From Geopsychrobacteraceae bacterium (lineage in GTDB: Bacteria; Desulfobacterota; Desulfuromonadia; Desulfuromonadales; Geopsychrobacteraceae), in contig OY759353.1 in assembly GCA_963662315.1 (NCBI GenBank), positions 4,352,001-4,416,000 on the forward strand: a stretch of DNA of 64,000 bases. Direction: 5' to 3'. The notes beneath the pieces were generated by a model. That model made no database searches. It was not told where the DNA came from and was given only the letters and a program-made list of their open reading frames with translations. The first letter of the stretch is position 1, and every line of letters starts with the position of its first letter. Shown in pieces: positions 40,696-51,316 of this stretch. The position numbers and the translations under genes were made by a program.

Positions 40696-40872
40696 CTATC
40701 GGAGCGCAGGCAGACTCTTTGCCGTCGTGCCTTATTTTGGTGTCTTCCGGCGCCGCAGGCATTTTTTCTCCCCTGTCTTCCCCCTTTTCCTGTCCATGTG
40801 ATACTTTTATAAGGTGACCGGAATCGGTTTTATTTATTCCGACATATCTTTTCGACTTCATAGAAACTGGAT

Positions 40873-43431
40873 ATGACTATGAATTATAAACGTTTTAAAA
40901 ACAAAGCCAGCTGCCCTGAGTTAACCGATGCCCCTTTTTTGGGGATGGACAGCGCAACCCTTAAACTCGATTTTCGTCGCTATTACACTTACCATCTCGG
41001 GCGGGATAAACATTGTCGCCTGACCCACTATGCCTATGAAGCGCTGGCACTGACTCTGCGTGACCGTTTGATGGAGCGCTGGAAAGAAACCCGGTATGCT
41101 TACGAGGAAAGTAATTGTAAGCGCGCCTACTATCTGTCCCTCGAGTTTCTTATGGGACGCTCCCTTGGCAATGCGATTCTGAACCTTGGGCTGGAAGATG
41201 AATTGACCCATGCTTTAAGCGATGTCTGTCTTGAACTTGAAGAGTTGGAAGATATTGAGCCGGATGCCGGGCTTGGAAATGGTGGCCTGGGGCGTCTGGC
41301 GGCCTGTTTTATGGACAGTTGCGCGACCCTGCAGTTGCCGGTGCAGGGGTATGGCATCCGCTACGAGTACGGTATGTTTCGGCAACGACTAAAAAATGGT
41401 TACCAGATCGAAGAGCCTGATCACTGGCTGTCATCCTCCAACCCCTGGGAGATGGAACGTCCCGAATATCGGCAACGCATCAAGTTCGGCGGGCGCAGTG
41501 AGTTCTATAACGATGCCTCCGGGCGGTTGCGGGTGCGCTGGGTCGATACCCGCGATGTCTGGGCCATGCCTTATGATGTGCCGGTGCCGGGTTTCCGCAA
41601 CGGTACCGTTAATACCTTGAGGTTATGGAAAGCGGTGGCGACGGAAGAATTCGATCTGGAAGACTTTAATATGGGAGACTATGCCGGGTCGGTTGCCGGT
41701 AAAAATGATGCCGAAAAAATCACCATGGTTTTGTATCCCAATGATGCCAGTGAAAATGGCAAAGAACTGCGCTTGCGCCAGCAGTACTTCCTGGCATCGG
41801 CCAGTTTGCAGGACGTCGTTGATCGTTGGATTATTATTAAGGGGCATGACTTAAGTAATTTTGCCGAAAAAAACAGTTTCCAGCTCAACGATACCCATCC
41901 CAGTTGCGCGGTGGCTGAGTTGATGCGCATTCTGCTTGATGAGCGTGGTCTTGACTGGGATAGTGCCTGGGCGATTACCTCCGCTACCATGGCTTATACC
42001 AACCACACGCTGCTGCCCGAAGCGTTGGAGAAGTGGCCGGTTCGTATGTTTCGTACCCTGTTGCCACGCCTGCTCGATATTATTTATGAAATCAATGCCC
42101 GCTTCCTGACCATGGTGGCGCAGCGCTGGCCAGGAGATCATGAACGTCAACAACGGATGTCGCTGATTGAAGAGGGGCCAGAGCCGCAGGTGCGCATGGC
42201 CTACCTGGCGATTGTCGGCAGCTTTTCTGTCAACGGGGTTGCCGAGCTCCATTCACGGCTGTTGCAGGAAGGCCTGTTCAGAGACTTTTATGAACTGTGG
42301 CCGGAAAAATTCAACAACAAGACCAACGGCGTGACCCAACGACGCTGGCTGGCGTATTCCAACCCCGGACTTAAGAATCTGATTGATGAAAAAATCGGGC
42401 CGGACTGGGTTACCGATCTGGATCAGCTTAAAAAACTGACTGCTTATATTGATGATCCGCAATTCCGGGACGACTGGCGGCGGGTGAAGTTCAACAATAA
42501 GCAGCGCCTGGCCCACCTGGTCAAACATGATTGCGGAGTTGAGTTCAATCCTGATTCAATGTTTGATATTCAGGTTAAGCGGATTCATGAATACAAGCGC
42601 CAATTGCTGAATATCCTGCATGTCATTCATCTTTACGATCGTATTAAACAGGGTGACATTGATAACTGGACACCACGCTGTGTCCTGATTGGTGGCAAGG
42701 CCGCACCGGGATATCAGATGGCCAAACTGATTATCAAGCTGGTCAACAATGTTGCGACTCTGGTGAACAATGATCCTCAGGTTGGTGATCTGTTGAAAGT
42801 GGTGTTTCTGCCCAACTATCGGGTCTCAGCCATGGAGGTTATCTGCCCCGGAGCGGACCTCTCCGAACAGATCTCGACTGCAGGCAAGGAAGCTTCCGGC
42901 ACCGGTAATATGAAGTTCATGCTCAATGGTGCCCTGACTATCGGTACTCTGGATGGTGCCAATATTGAGATTCGTGAAGAGGTTGGCGATGAAAACTTCT
43001 TCCTCTTCGGCATGACCGCTGAAGAGGTGGAAACCTGTCGCCAGAACTATGATCCCAAGGGAATTATCGCTGCTGATGTAAATCTGCAGCGGGTGATGCA
43101 TCTGCTGAAGAGTGGTCACTTTAACCAGTTTGAACCGGGAATTTTCGAACCTCTGATCAATGCCATTGAAAACCCCCACGACCCCTGGCTGGTGGCGGCT
43201 GATTTTACCGATTATGTCAAAGCTCAGCAGCGTGTCGCCGCAGCTTACCAGGATCAGGAAGGTTGGACACGCATGAGTATTCTCAACACCGCCTGTGGCG
43301 GCAAATTCTCGACCGACCGGACGATGCTGGAATACAACCGGGATATCTGGCAATTGCCACAGGTTGGCCCGGTCGATGTGCCGGAGGATGAAGAGGATTC
43401 CGTCATTCTCGAAGAGGAAATGGTAGAGTAA
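40873..43431 (+). CDS. glgP: Glycogen/starch phosphorylase
   Basis: GLGNGGLGRLAACF, QLNDTHP, NKTNGVT.RRW, KRIHEYKRQ, EASGTGNMKF (PLP Lys), GTLDGAN. Confidence 0.97.
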   Translation: MTMNYKRFKNKASCPELTDAPFLGMDSATLKLDFRRYYTYHLGRDKHCRLTHYAYEALALTLRDRLMERWKETRYAYEESNCKRAYYLSLEFLMGRSLGNAILNLGLEDELTHALSDVCLELEELEDIEPDAGLGNGGLGRLAACFMDSCATLQLPVQGYGIRYEYGMFRQRLKNGYQIEEPDHWLSSSNPWEMERPEYRQRIKFGGRSEFYNDASGRLRVRWVDTRDVWAMPYDVPVPGFRNGTVNTLRLWKAVATEEFDLEDFNMGDYAGSVAGKNDAEKITMVLYPNDASENGKELRLRQQYFLASASLQDVVDRWIIIKGHDLSNFAEKNSFQLNDTHPSCAVAELMRILLDERGLDWDSAWAITSATMAYTNHTLLPEALEKWPVRMFRTLLPRLLDIIYEINARFLTMVAQRWPGDHERQQRMSLIEEGPEPQVRMAYLAIVGSFSVNGVAELHSRLLQEGLFRDFYELWPEKFNNKTNGVTQRRWLAYSNPGLKNLIDEKIGPDWVTDLDQLKKLTAYIDDPQFRDDWRRVKFNNKQRLAHLVKHDCGVEFNPDSMFDIQVKRIHEYKRQLLNILHVIHLYDRIKQGDIDNWTPRCVLIGGKAAPGYQMAKLIIKLVNNVATLVNNDPQVGDLLKVVFLPNYRVSAMEVICPGADLSEQISTAGKEASGTGNMKFMLNGALTIGTLDGANIEIREEVGDENFFLFGMTAEEVETCRQNYDPKGIIAADVNLQRVMHLLKSGHFNQFEPGIFEPLINAIENPHDPWLVAADFTDYVKAQQRVAAAYQDQEGWTRMSILNTACGGKFSTDRTMLEYNRDIWQLPQVGPVDVPEDEEDSVILEEEMVE

Positions 43432-43434
43432 AGG

Positions 43435-43468
43435 AACGGCTCTGTTGGTCAGCAACAGAGCCGTTTTT
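43435..43468. terminator. Intrinsic terminator after glgP
   Basis: AACGGCTCTGTTG-GTCAG-CAACAGAGCCGTT followed by a T run. Confidence 0.8.
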
Positions 43469-43489
43469 ATCATTTCGTGTGGCGTTGAC

Positions 43490-43921
43490 TTATCTGCCAA
43501 AGGTTTTCTGCAAGCCCGTTACCAGACTGGCTTTTTCCTGCTTACTGAGCTGGGCTTCCGGGTGAGGAATAACATAAAACCAGGGTGGCATTTCTCCTTC
43601 AAGCACAGCTTTTGCCGCCTCATCCCCTTTATTTTTTTTCTGAACGCCCCAGGCGGAAACATTGAAATGTTCCCGACCTTCAGAGATATCGTGGGCAATC
43701 AGCCAGGATATGGGCGCGTAGTTGCTGTACCAGGGCCATCTCGTAGCGTGGCTATGACAATCTGCGCACGCGCGTGCAAACAGATCTTTAGTCTGGGGAT
43801 TGTCCCAGGCCGGTTCGGCAATAACGGCTGGGTTCGTGTGATCTTTCCCGTAAGGGATGATTTGAATTACCAGCAAAACAACAACGATCACCACAATTGC
43901 TCTTAGGATTTTGCGCAGCAA
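43490..43921 (-). CDS. Monoheme c-type cytochrome, haem-binding domain family
   Basis: N-terminal TM, CADCH, WPWYS..AP.SWL, GEMPP..Y...HPEA; GGAGGAG before TTG at 43921. Confidence 0.85.
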   Translation of the reverse strand: MLRKILRAIVVIVVVLLVIQIIPYGKDHTNPAVIAEPAWDNPQTKDLFARACADCHSHATRWPWYSNYAPISWLIAHDISEGREHFNVSAWGVQKKNKGDEAAKAVLEGEMPPWFYVIPHPEAQLSKQEKASLVTGLQKTFGR

Positions 43922-44187
43922 GTTCTCCTCCTGTCTGAAGTACACGGTTGTGGTTGCTTTGGAACAGAAAATATTGTCAAAACGAATTATTAACGTAACG
44001 CAATTGTTCAGAAAATCAAAATTAAATGATGATTGTTAGAGGTCCGTGAGATGTTTCGAGATAAAAGAACCAGGGCTGGCACGCAGCTTGACGAGTTGCG
44101 GTGCTGCAGATCTTCCGGATGAGCGGTTATGTCCGACCGTCAATCTGACCGCGTGAAACTGACGATGAGCCGATAATAAACTCACGT

Positions 44188-45924
44188 TCAGAAAGGTCCG
44201 CTGGTCTTTAAGACTTTGCGATTATAGGTCAATAGCAGATCGCTCTTTTTGAGGATGCCGATCAGCATGTGTCCCTTTTCGCTTACCACCGGCAGTGTTG
44301 AAATCTGCTTTCCCTCAAAAAATTCAAAGGCTGTCTCAAAATTATCTGTCGGACGCACAATAATCACCCGGCTGGTCATGATCTCGGAAGCGACAACCAG
44401 CTCACTTAATTCACCAATTTCAGCAATAAAGCTGCGCAAATCACTCATCGACAGGATACCGAGCAGTTGTTTCTGGTCGTTTATGACCGGGAAGTGGGGA
44501 TAATCTGTCGTTTCTGCAATTGCCAGAATTTCACCCAGACGCGTGTCGGGCCTGATGGTTTCAAACTCGGTGGACATGAAATCTCCGACCAGCAGGGAAC
44601 GCAGGAGGTTCACATCATGCCCCCGAACCATTTTAACGCCGCGGCTGAGCAATTTGGTCTCGTAGATGGAGTAGCCATAGTATTTCTGGACCGTCATCAT
44701 GCTGGTGATACAACAGGTCATCAGCGGCAGAATAATCTCGAAGTTGTAGGTCAGCTCAAAAATGGTAAAGATAGCAGTAATCGGGGCCAGGGTTGTTCCT
44801 GCGACAACCGCTCCCATGCCGATCAGGCTGTAAGCGGCGCTGGCCTCTGTATAGGCGGGGAAAAACAGGGTGACACAGTTGCCAAAGATGGCGCCAAGCA
44901 GGGCTCCCAGCACCAGGGACGGCGCAAAAATCCCACCGGAAAATCCGGATCCGACACTTGCCGCGGTCGCCAGCAATTTAAGAACCAGAACTGTCAGTAA
45001 CAGAGACAAAGAGATCTGGCCGGCAAGGGCCAGGTTAATCGATTCGTAGCCAACTCCAAGTATATGCGGCCACTGAATCGCGACGGCGCCAAGGCCAAGC
45101 CCGGCCAAGGCCGGACGCCAGGATATGGGAATTCTGAAACGACTGAAGAGCTGCTCGGTGGTTGAAATACTGCGAATGAAGATAATCGATACGCAACCAG
45201 CGCAGAAGCCGAGGGCTCCATACAAGGGTAATTCCAGATAACTGGCCAGGGTAAAGGACGGAACCTGAAAGGCCGGCAGGTTGCCGAGAAAATGGTGAGA
45301 AATAACCGTTGCTGTGACTGCGGAAATAGCGATGTGACTTAAGTAGCTGACCTGAAAATCAACCAGAATGATTTCCGCGGCAAACAACATCCCGGCCATC
45401 GGGGCGTTGAAGGTTGCAGCGATGCCTGCCGCTGCGCCGCAAGCCAGAAACACCCGTTTCCATTCACTGTTCAGGCCGATAACCTGGGCGAGTGCCGACC
45501 CGACTGCTGAGCCAATGTGGACAACTGGTCCCTCGCGTCCAACTGAGGCCCCACAGCCAATGGATAATGAGGTAAAGAGGGTTTTGAACAGAGCGGTTCG
45601 GTAATGGATGGTGCCGCCGCGGTTAACCACGGCTTCAATCACCTCAGGAACGCCGGCGCCACGGGTTTCCGGACAGAAGCGGGTCATCAGCGGTCCTACA
45701 ATCAGCCCGCCAACAGCAGGAATAACCAGGATCAGGTACCATGGGTAGGAGCTGCCGACTTCGAGCATGGCAAAGGCATCGGGCCAGAAGATATCTGTGG
45801 TGACAATGAGCAGGTAGCGAAAGGCAACGGCAAGGGTGCCGGTCAGCATCCCGATCAGGATGGCAACGATCAACAGGGCGATCAGATTGTCGCGTTCACG
45901 GTCTGGCGTCCATTTCAGTAGCAT
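44188..45924 (-). CDS. ClC chloride channel/antiporter with CBS pair
   Basis: GAGVPEV, GREGP, GAAAGIAATFNAP, GGIFAP, C-terminal CBS domains. Confidence 0.93.
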   Translation of the reverse strand: MLLKWTPDRERDNLIALLIVAILIGMLTGTLAVAFRYLLIVTTDIFWPDAFAMLEVGSSYPWYLILVIPAVGGLIVGPLMTRFCPETRGAGVPEVIEAVVNRGGTIHYRTALFKTLFTSLSIGCGASVGREGPVVHIGSAVGSALAQVIGLNSEWKRVFLACGAAAGIAATFNAPMAGMLFAAEIILVDFQVSYLSHIAISAVTATVISHHFLGNLPAFQVPSFTLASYLELPLYGALGFCAGCVSIIFIRSISTTEQLFSRFRIPISWRPALAGLGLGAVAIQWPHILGVGYESINLALAGQISLSLLLTVLVLKLLATAASVGSGFSGGIFAPSLVLGALLGAIFGNCVTLFFPAYTEASAAYSLIGMGAVVAGTTLAPITAIFTIFELTYNFEIILPLMTCCITSMMTVQKYYGYSIYETKLLSRGVKMVRGHDVNLLRSLLVGDFMSTEFETIRPDTRLGEILAIAETTDYPHFPVINDQKQLLGILSMSDLRSFIAEIGELSELVVASEIMTSRVIIVRPTDNFETAFEFFEGKQISTLPVVSEKGHMLIGILKKSDLLLTYNRKVLKTSGPF

Positions 45925-46165
45925 TGTGGCTCCATAAAAATATAGCGGCTGGCAAAGAACGTTATGTGTGTTACAGGCTTAATTGTTTTGAGGAAAGTGT
46001 CGATATAAATAAATGTCCTGTCGCTGCAATTAAGTTTAACTAAACTGGGAAGAAGTGCTGGGAAAAATATGCATATAGAAAAATCTTCAATTTTATTTTA
46101 TGGTTACGTGTTGGTTGATCAATACGCACTACGATCCGAAATGAAAAGCGAAGAGGAAATGACCT

Positions 46166-47434
46166 GTGCCCCTGGTTTATGTTGAAGATCTCAGCCCCGG
46201 AATGATTCTGAACAGTGACCTGCGCTCACCTTCCGGTCGCTTTATTCTTGCGGCTCATAGCATGGTGCGTGAATCTGCCCTGAGTGCACTGCATGCCTGG
46301 GGAGTTGTCGAAGCGGATATTGCAGAGACCAGTCTCAACCCGGCGTACCTTAAAAAGCAGCGTGCCTTAGAGCCCTTTAAAGACCAGGCAGCGCAAGCTC
46401 TTGCTGGGCGATTATCTCTGAATAACCCGGCGCTTGAACCCTTGGCCACACTCTGTCGGCATCTGGTTCAACGGAATGCCCGCCAACTGCAGAAGGGAAT
46501 ACCCGGCGAGGTATTGCCAGCCATCCATCTTGCCGTTCCTGAGACGGAAGTTCCTCCCCCGCTTAAGCTGCCCCTGCTGTTAAGCGGTGTTGCAGAACTG
46601 TTTTCCATCCCCCTGGTTTTCAGCCAGATTGTTGCGTTGCTTGATGATGATTCTTTGTCTGTCGCCAAACTTGCGTCAGTCTTCGATAAAGATCCGGGGT
46701 TGACGGTCAGATTGCTGCGTATGGTTAACAGCCCGCATTATGGGCTCACCAAAAGGGTCGACTCGGTGCCGCGGGCCATCTCTTTGCTGGGCATTGATGA
46801 ACTGAAAAAACTGTCCTTGGGACGCTGTCTGATCAAGGAGTTTGCCGAGCTTCCGGATGGGGTTCTTCCCGCCGAGCAATTCTGGCGACACAGCATTCGT
46901 TGTGGTCTGTTTGCCAGGGCGATTGCCGAACTTATCGAGGTGGATAAGCCACAGCAGTATTTTACTGGTGGCCTGCTTCACGATATCGGGCGCCTGACAA
47001 TGGTGGAACGTATGCCGCAGCAGTATACGGTTGCCATTGTCCGAGCCCGCCAACAAGGGCAGGCGATGTTTCGTGCCGAGCAGGACGTTCTTAAATTGGA
47101 TTACGCCCTGGTCGGACAACTTCTTGGCGAACGTTGGGGACTGGAGCCGACTTTGGTGCGTATGATTGGCGGGCATCACTCCCCGCGTCTGGCCAATTAT
47201 TCACTGCCGGCCTGTATCCTTCATATCGCTGATATTTTTTCTCACCTCAGTGGTCATGAATTGCTGCTGGTGGAGACAGTTCCAGAACTTCAGGAGCGGG
47301 CATGGCAAAAGCTTGAGCTGGATGCGGCTCAACTGGCCCCCCTGTTGGCCCGGGTTGATCAGGAATTTGATGCCGTCATAGAGCTGTTTTTTTCTGATCG
47401 GGAACAGCGCTCCGACTTGTCTGCATCAAGCTGA
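46166..47434 (+). CDS. HDOD-domain signalling protein
   Basis: DPGLTVRLLRMVNSPHYG, AISLLG, FWRHS, GLLHDIG, ERWGL, HHSP. Confidence 0.88.
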   Translation: MPLVYVEDLSPGMILNSDLRSPSGRFILAAHSMVRESALSALHAWGVVEADIAETSLNPAYLKKQRALEPFKDQAAQALAGRLSLNNPALEPLATLCRHLVQRNARQLQKGIPGEVLPAIHLAVPETEVPPPLKLPLLLSGVAELFSIPLVFSQIVALLDDDSLSVAKLASVFDKDPGLTVRLLRMVNSPHYGLTKRVDSVPRAISLLGIDELKKLSLGRCLIKEFAELPDGVLPAEQFWRHSIRCGLFARAIAELIEVDKPQQYFTGGLLHDIGRLTMVERMPQQYTVAIVRARQQGQAMFRAEQDVLKLDYALVGQLLGERWGLEPTLVRMIGGHHSPRLANYSLPACILHIADIFSHLSGHELLLVETVPELQERAWQKLELDAAQLAPLLARVDQEFDAVIELFFSDREQRSDLSASS

Positions 47435-47447
47435 TTTCTCAAGCAGC

Positions 47448-48950
47448 TTAGTGATGACGGAGCGGAGCTTTACTCTGTTTGCCTGCCGCTTCGGCAATGC
47501 CTCTGAGCATGCCATTAAAGACAAAATGATGAAAAGGCATCACTGCGTACCAGTAGAGCAGCCCGGCCAAGCCCCTCGGTAAAAAATAAGCCGTCTGAAT
47601 CAGCTTAAAGTTCTGATCATCCATCTTTTCGATGCGAAATTGTAAAACCGCTTTGCCGGGCAGCTTCATCTCTGCGGAGAGCAGCAGGAAGTGATTGTCC
47701 TCAATGGCGACAACGCGCCAGAAATCGAGGGCATCACCAGGGTAAAGCTCTTCGGCACTGCGGCGGCCACGGCGCAGGCCAACGCCACCACAGAGTTTAT
47801 CAATGAGTCCGCGCAGCCGCCATAGCCAGTCTGCATAATAATAGCCAACATCCCCGCCGAGTCGTTTGATTGTCGGCCAGATTTCCGCGGGCTGACCTTC
47901 CAGGGTCATGCTGCGGTTATCTGTGAAGACGTGCCCTCCGGCCCACTCCGGGTCACCTTCTATGCGCCATTCTGCCGGTGGTACCTGTCCGGAATCGCTC
48001 CAGGTTGTTTCAATATCATGTTGCCTGATGCGCTCAAGAGCCAGACGGATCGCCTGGCGGGCATCGAACAGTTCCTGAGGGATCAGGTGGGTGATGCGGT
48101 GTTCCCGGCAGATAACCGGATTACTGAGTCCTTCCGCCAACGGTCTGGCAATGGCTGCAGGGACCGGGGTCACCATATGGATCCAGTAGGAGCTTAACCG
48201 TGGGGTCAACACCGGTACTGGGATGATCCAGCGCCGGTGAAGACCGGCTTCTTCAGCATAGATCTGCATTAACTCACGGTAACTGTAGATGTTGCGCTGG
48301 CCGATATCATAAGTCTGGCCGCGCATCTGTGGCTGCTCCAGGCAGCCAATCAGGTAGTGCAGGACATTGCGTATTCCAATCGGCTGGCAGGGGGTGTTGA
48401 CCCAGCGTGGGGTGATCATGACCGGCAGGTGCTCAACCAGATAACGGAGAATTTCAAAAGAGGCGCTGCCAGAACCGATGATCATGGCCGCTCGTAAAAT
48501 GGTTACCGGAACCGGACCTTGTTGCAGGATATCTCCGACTTCTGAACGTGACTGCAGATGGTGACTCAAAGGGCCTTGCTGGTCACCCAGGCCTCCCAGG
48601 TAGATGAGCTGTTCCAGTTGGTTAGCGGTCGCGGCTGTAACCATGTTGGTGGCAGCAATGCGGTCCGTTGCGGCAAAGTCATCAACCTCTGGATGCATGG
48701 AATGGATAAGGTAATAGGCGGCCTGGCAACCGGCCATGGCCTGCATGAGAGAATTCCGATCAAGAATGTCGCCTTTACAGATGGTCAGCTGAGGATGAGT
48801 GGCCCAGGGGCGGGCTGATAATTTCTCTGGATTGCGCGCCAGGGCTTTGACCGCATAGCCCTGATCCAGCAGGCGTGGAATCAGACGGCCGCCAATATAT
48901 CCAGTCGCTCCGGCGATGAAAACAGTCGGCTTTGAATCGTGTTTTATCAT
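47448..48950 (-). CDS. Atypical SDR / NAD(P)-binding protein with DUF2867 (YbjT-like)
   Basis: GATGYIG, HLQSR.EVG, IIGSGSASFE, LDFWRV, EMKLPG, G..GLLYWYA..PFH; start at MIKHDSK. Confidence 0.85.
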   Translation of the reverse strand: MIKHDSKPTVFIAGATGYIGGRLIPRLLDQGYAVKALARNPEKLSARPWATHPQLTICKGDILDRNSLMQAMAGCQAAYYLIHSMHPEVDDFAATDRIAATNMVTAATANQLEQLIYLGGLGDQQGPLSHHLQSRSEVGDILQQGPVPVTILRAAMIIGSGSASFEILRYLVEHLPVMITPRWVNTPCQPIGIRNVLHYLIGCLEQPQMRGQTYDIGQRNIYSYRELMQIYAEEAGLHRRWIIPVPVLTPRLSSYWIHMVTPVPAAIARPLAEGLSNPVICREHRITHLIPQELFDARQAIRLALERIRQHDIETTWSDSGQVPPAEWRIEGDPEWAGGHVFTDNRSMTLEGQPAEIWPTIKRLGGDVGYYYADWLWRLRGLIDKLCGGVGLRRGRRSAEELYPGDALDFWRVVAIEDNHFLLLSAEMKLPGKAVLQFRIEKMDDQNFKLIQTAYFLPRGLAGLLYWYAVMPFHHFVFNGMLRGIAEAAGKQSKAPLRHH

Positions 48951-49058
48951 CCTGCCTCCCTTGTCATATGCTGACTTGGCCGCTATTCTGTGTTTAATAG
49001 TCATTATAATCAGATATCCCGACCAAATAAAGTTTCACTATTACGGAGAGGCTAGGCT

Positions 49059-50012
49059 ATGGAAGATAAAATTCGACTGGGAGTCAGCTCCTGTTTGCTG
49101 GGAGCGCAGGTCCGTTTTGACGGTGGACACAAGTTGGATCGCTATCTGCGGGATACATTGGGGGATTATGTCGATTTTGTCCCGGTCTGTGCCGAAGTTG
49201 AAGTTGGTCTGCCGATCCCACGGGAAACCCTGCGTCTGACGCGGGGAGAAGATGGAAGTTCCCGGCTGATGTTTAAGCGCAGTGGTGAGGATATGACCGA
49301 ACGCATGGCCAGCTGGGCCAGAGGACGAGTTGTCGAACTGGAGCAGGAAGATCTGGATGGTTTCGTGTTCAAGTCCAAATCACCGAGCTGCGGTATGGAG
49401 CGGGTGAAGGTTTACGATCATAATGGCGTTCCTCAGAACGTTGGTGTTGGTGCTTTTGCCAAGGTTTTTCAGGAGCATTTTCCTCTACTGCCGGTTGAAG
49501 AAGAGGGGCGCCTGAATGATGCCAAGCTGAGGGAGAACTTTATTACCGCTATTTTTACCCTGCGGCGCTGGCGTCAGTTGGTTAAAAGCGGATCCGGTAT
49601 CGGTGGCCTGGTGACCTTTCATAGCCAGCATAAAATGCTTATCTTGAGCCACAGTGAAAAAATCTACCGCGACATGGGTAAGCTGGTCGCTAATCAGGGT
49701 GGTTTGAACGAGCAGGAATTGTTTGCCCGCTATGTGACCCTGCTGCAAAGCGCACTGCAGAAAAAAAACACAGTCAGTAAACACGTCAATGTTATGCAGC
49801 ATATTATGGGTTATTTCAAAAAGGATCTGGCCAGCGATGAGAAGCAGGAGATTCTCGAGCTGATCGATAATTATCGGCAAAGTCTGGTGCCACTGATTGT
49901 ACCCCTGACGCTGCTGAATCATTACGTGCGAAAATATGATCAGGTCTACCTGAAGCAGCAGGTCTATCTGCAGCCCCACCCGAAAGAACTGAAACTGTTG
50001 AACCATGTATAA
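49059..50012 (+). CDS. DUF523 + DUF1722 (YbgA-like) protein
   Basis: SSCLLG..VRFDGGH, VC.EVE.GL..PR, KSPSCGMERV, HI.GYFK, YL.PHP.EL. Confidence 0.88.
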   Translation: MEDKIRLGVSSCLLGAQVRFDGGHKLDRYLRDTLGDYVDFVPVCAEVEVGLPIPRETLRLTRGEDGSSRLMFKRSGEDMTERMASWARGRVVELEQEDLDGFVFKSKSPSCGMERVKVYDHNGVPQNVGVGAFAKVFQEHFPLLPVEEEGRLNDAKLRENFITAIFTLRRWRQLVKSGSGIGGLVTFHSQHKMLILSHSEKIYRDMGKLVANQGGLNEQELFARYVTLLQSALQKKNTVSKHVNVMQHIMGYFKKDLASDEKQEILELIDNYRQSLVPLIVPLTLLNHYVRKYDQVYLKQQVYLQPHPKELKLLNHV

Positions 50013-50020
50013 GTGAAAAG

Positions 50021-50293
50021 TTGGTGTGCAAAAAAATTGATCAGAGCGTTGAAAAAGCCGGAGAGTCCGCAGCTAAGATCGGAAAAAAAGTTGAGGATGC
50101 CGTCCATTCTTCCGTGGAAAAAGCGAAAGAGGCGGCCGAGGCAACCGGTGAGACGGTGGCTGAAGGAGTCGATTCGGCGAAAAAAGCGGCAGCAACTGCG
50201 GGTGAAAAGGTTGAAGGGCAGGTTGAGCAAGCAGGAGAAAAAGTTGAAGAAACGGTCAACAAGCTCAAAGGGATGTTTAAACCTGCTGAATAG
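50021..50293 (+). CDS. Small hydrophilic Ala/Glu/Lys-repeat protein (LEA/CsbD-like)
   Basis: About 11-residue periodic KAxE/xGEK repeats; start codon and RBS unclear. Confidence 0.45.
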   Translation: MVCKKIDQSVEKAGESAAKIGKKVEDAVHSSVEKAKEAAEATGETVAEGVDSAKKAAATAGEKVEGQVEQAGEKVEETVNKLKGMFKPAE

Positions 50294-50358
50294 TTTTCGT
50301 GCTTTTCGCATGACCGGCTCTGCCGCCAGCTTTTTTCTGCGTGTAGCCGGTTGTGTGT

Positions 50359-50583
50359 TTATTCCATCACCGGTACCGAAATAAACTCCGCATGGTCATT
50401 TGCCCTTCGCTCATCCCCCTGAAAGTGCTTCTGTCTGAACGATCGAATAGGCCCATCTATGACGTTGACCCAATGATCACTTCTGCGAAATTCCTGAATC
50501 TCACCAAGATAAAGCAGGATATCAAGGAATTTCGGGTCTACAAAATCTTCCTGGCCGTTTTTATAAACAACATGAATTTTCAT
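50359..50583 (-). CDS. GSU3473-like small protein
   Basis: I.VVY.NG..D.V....LD.LL....I..FRRSD.WV.....PIR......GDERR; AGGAG RBS. Confidence 0.7.
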   Translation of the reverse strand: MKIHVVYKNGQEDFVDPKFLDILLYLGEIQEFRRSDHWVNVIDGPIRSFRQKHFQGDERRANDHAEFISVPVME

Positions 50584-50680
50584 GCAGCTCCTCCTTTAGG
50601 CGGGCAATGCCTGCGAAAGTACGGCAAAGATAGAGTTTACCACAAATTTCGGAGGAGTCTATGGTGCAATAAACGATGAT

Positions 50681-51316
50681 CTAATCAGATGAGGGGGTGG
50701 GGCGGTCTTTATCTCCCTGTTTGTTATACAAGGTTTTTTTGAAGGTTGTCGCGCCATCATTGTCAATGAAATTGGTCGGGCAGACCGTGGCGCAGGCATG
50801 ACAGCTGTTACAGGAGGACTGTTCACTGACATAGCCAACGGCCAGTTCTGGTCCCCGGCCTAAAAATGTCAGTCGCTTGTGGCCGATTTTCCGGCACATG
50901 CTGATACACAGCCCGCACAGGATACAGCCTGCAATATGGTTGGGTTGAGACAGCTCCCCGGCAGGGGGAGCGCCGGTTATTGACGTCAATAATTGTTGTG
51001 CTGTTTGCTTGCGGAATGGTCCCCTGCGGCTCAGGAGTGATGCAGCCAGATAACGTGCCCTGCCAAGGGTCTCTGAATGGGTGCGAATGATCATCCCTTG
51101 CTGAACTTTCAGCAGGCAGGCGTGCTCAACTCGCCACTGTTCCCCCTCGCGGATTTCTACCAGGCACAAACTGCAACGCCCTTGTGGTGGTAGAGCCGGG
51201 TGATAACAGAGATGAGGAATAGTGAAACCGGTCACTAACAGGGTGGTCAGCAACGATTGATGAGGGTCGGCAGTAAGGCTTTTATCATTTACGGTCAGCT
51301 CAACTGAAGTCGTCAT
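50681..51316 (-). CDS. NuoG-N/HoxU-like iron-sulfur subunit
   Basis: IPHLC...GRCSLCLV...AC [2Fe-2S]; CILCGLCISMC and CNSCHACATVCP [4Fe-4S]; no catalytic domain. Confidence 0.8.
   Translation of the reverse strand: MTTSVELTVNDKSLTADPHQSLLTTLLVTGFTIPHLCYHPALPPQGRCSLCLVEIREGEQWRVEHACLLKVQQGMIIRTHSETLGRARYLAASLLSRRGPFRKQTAQQLLTSITGAPPAGELSQPNHIAGCILCGLCISMCRKIGHKRLTFLGRGPELAVGYVSEQSSCNSCHACATVCPTNFIDNDGATTFKKTLYNKQGDKDRPTPSSD

Noticed and set aside
44077..44092. Sigma-54 promoter TGGCAC-N5-TTGA
   Set aside because: Lacks the -12 GC and points into the 3' end of an opposite-strand gene.
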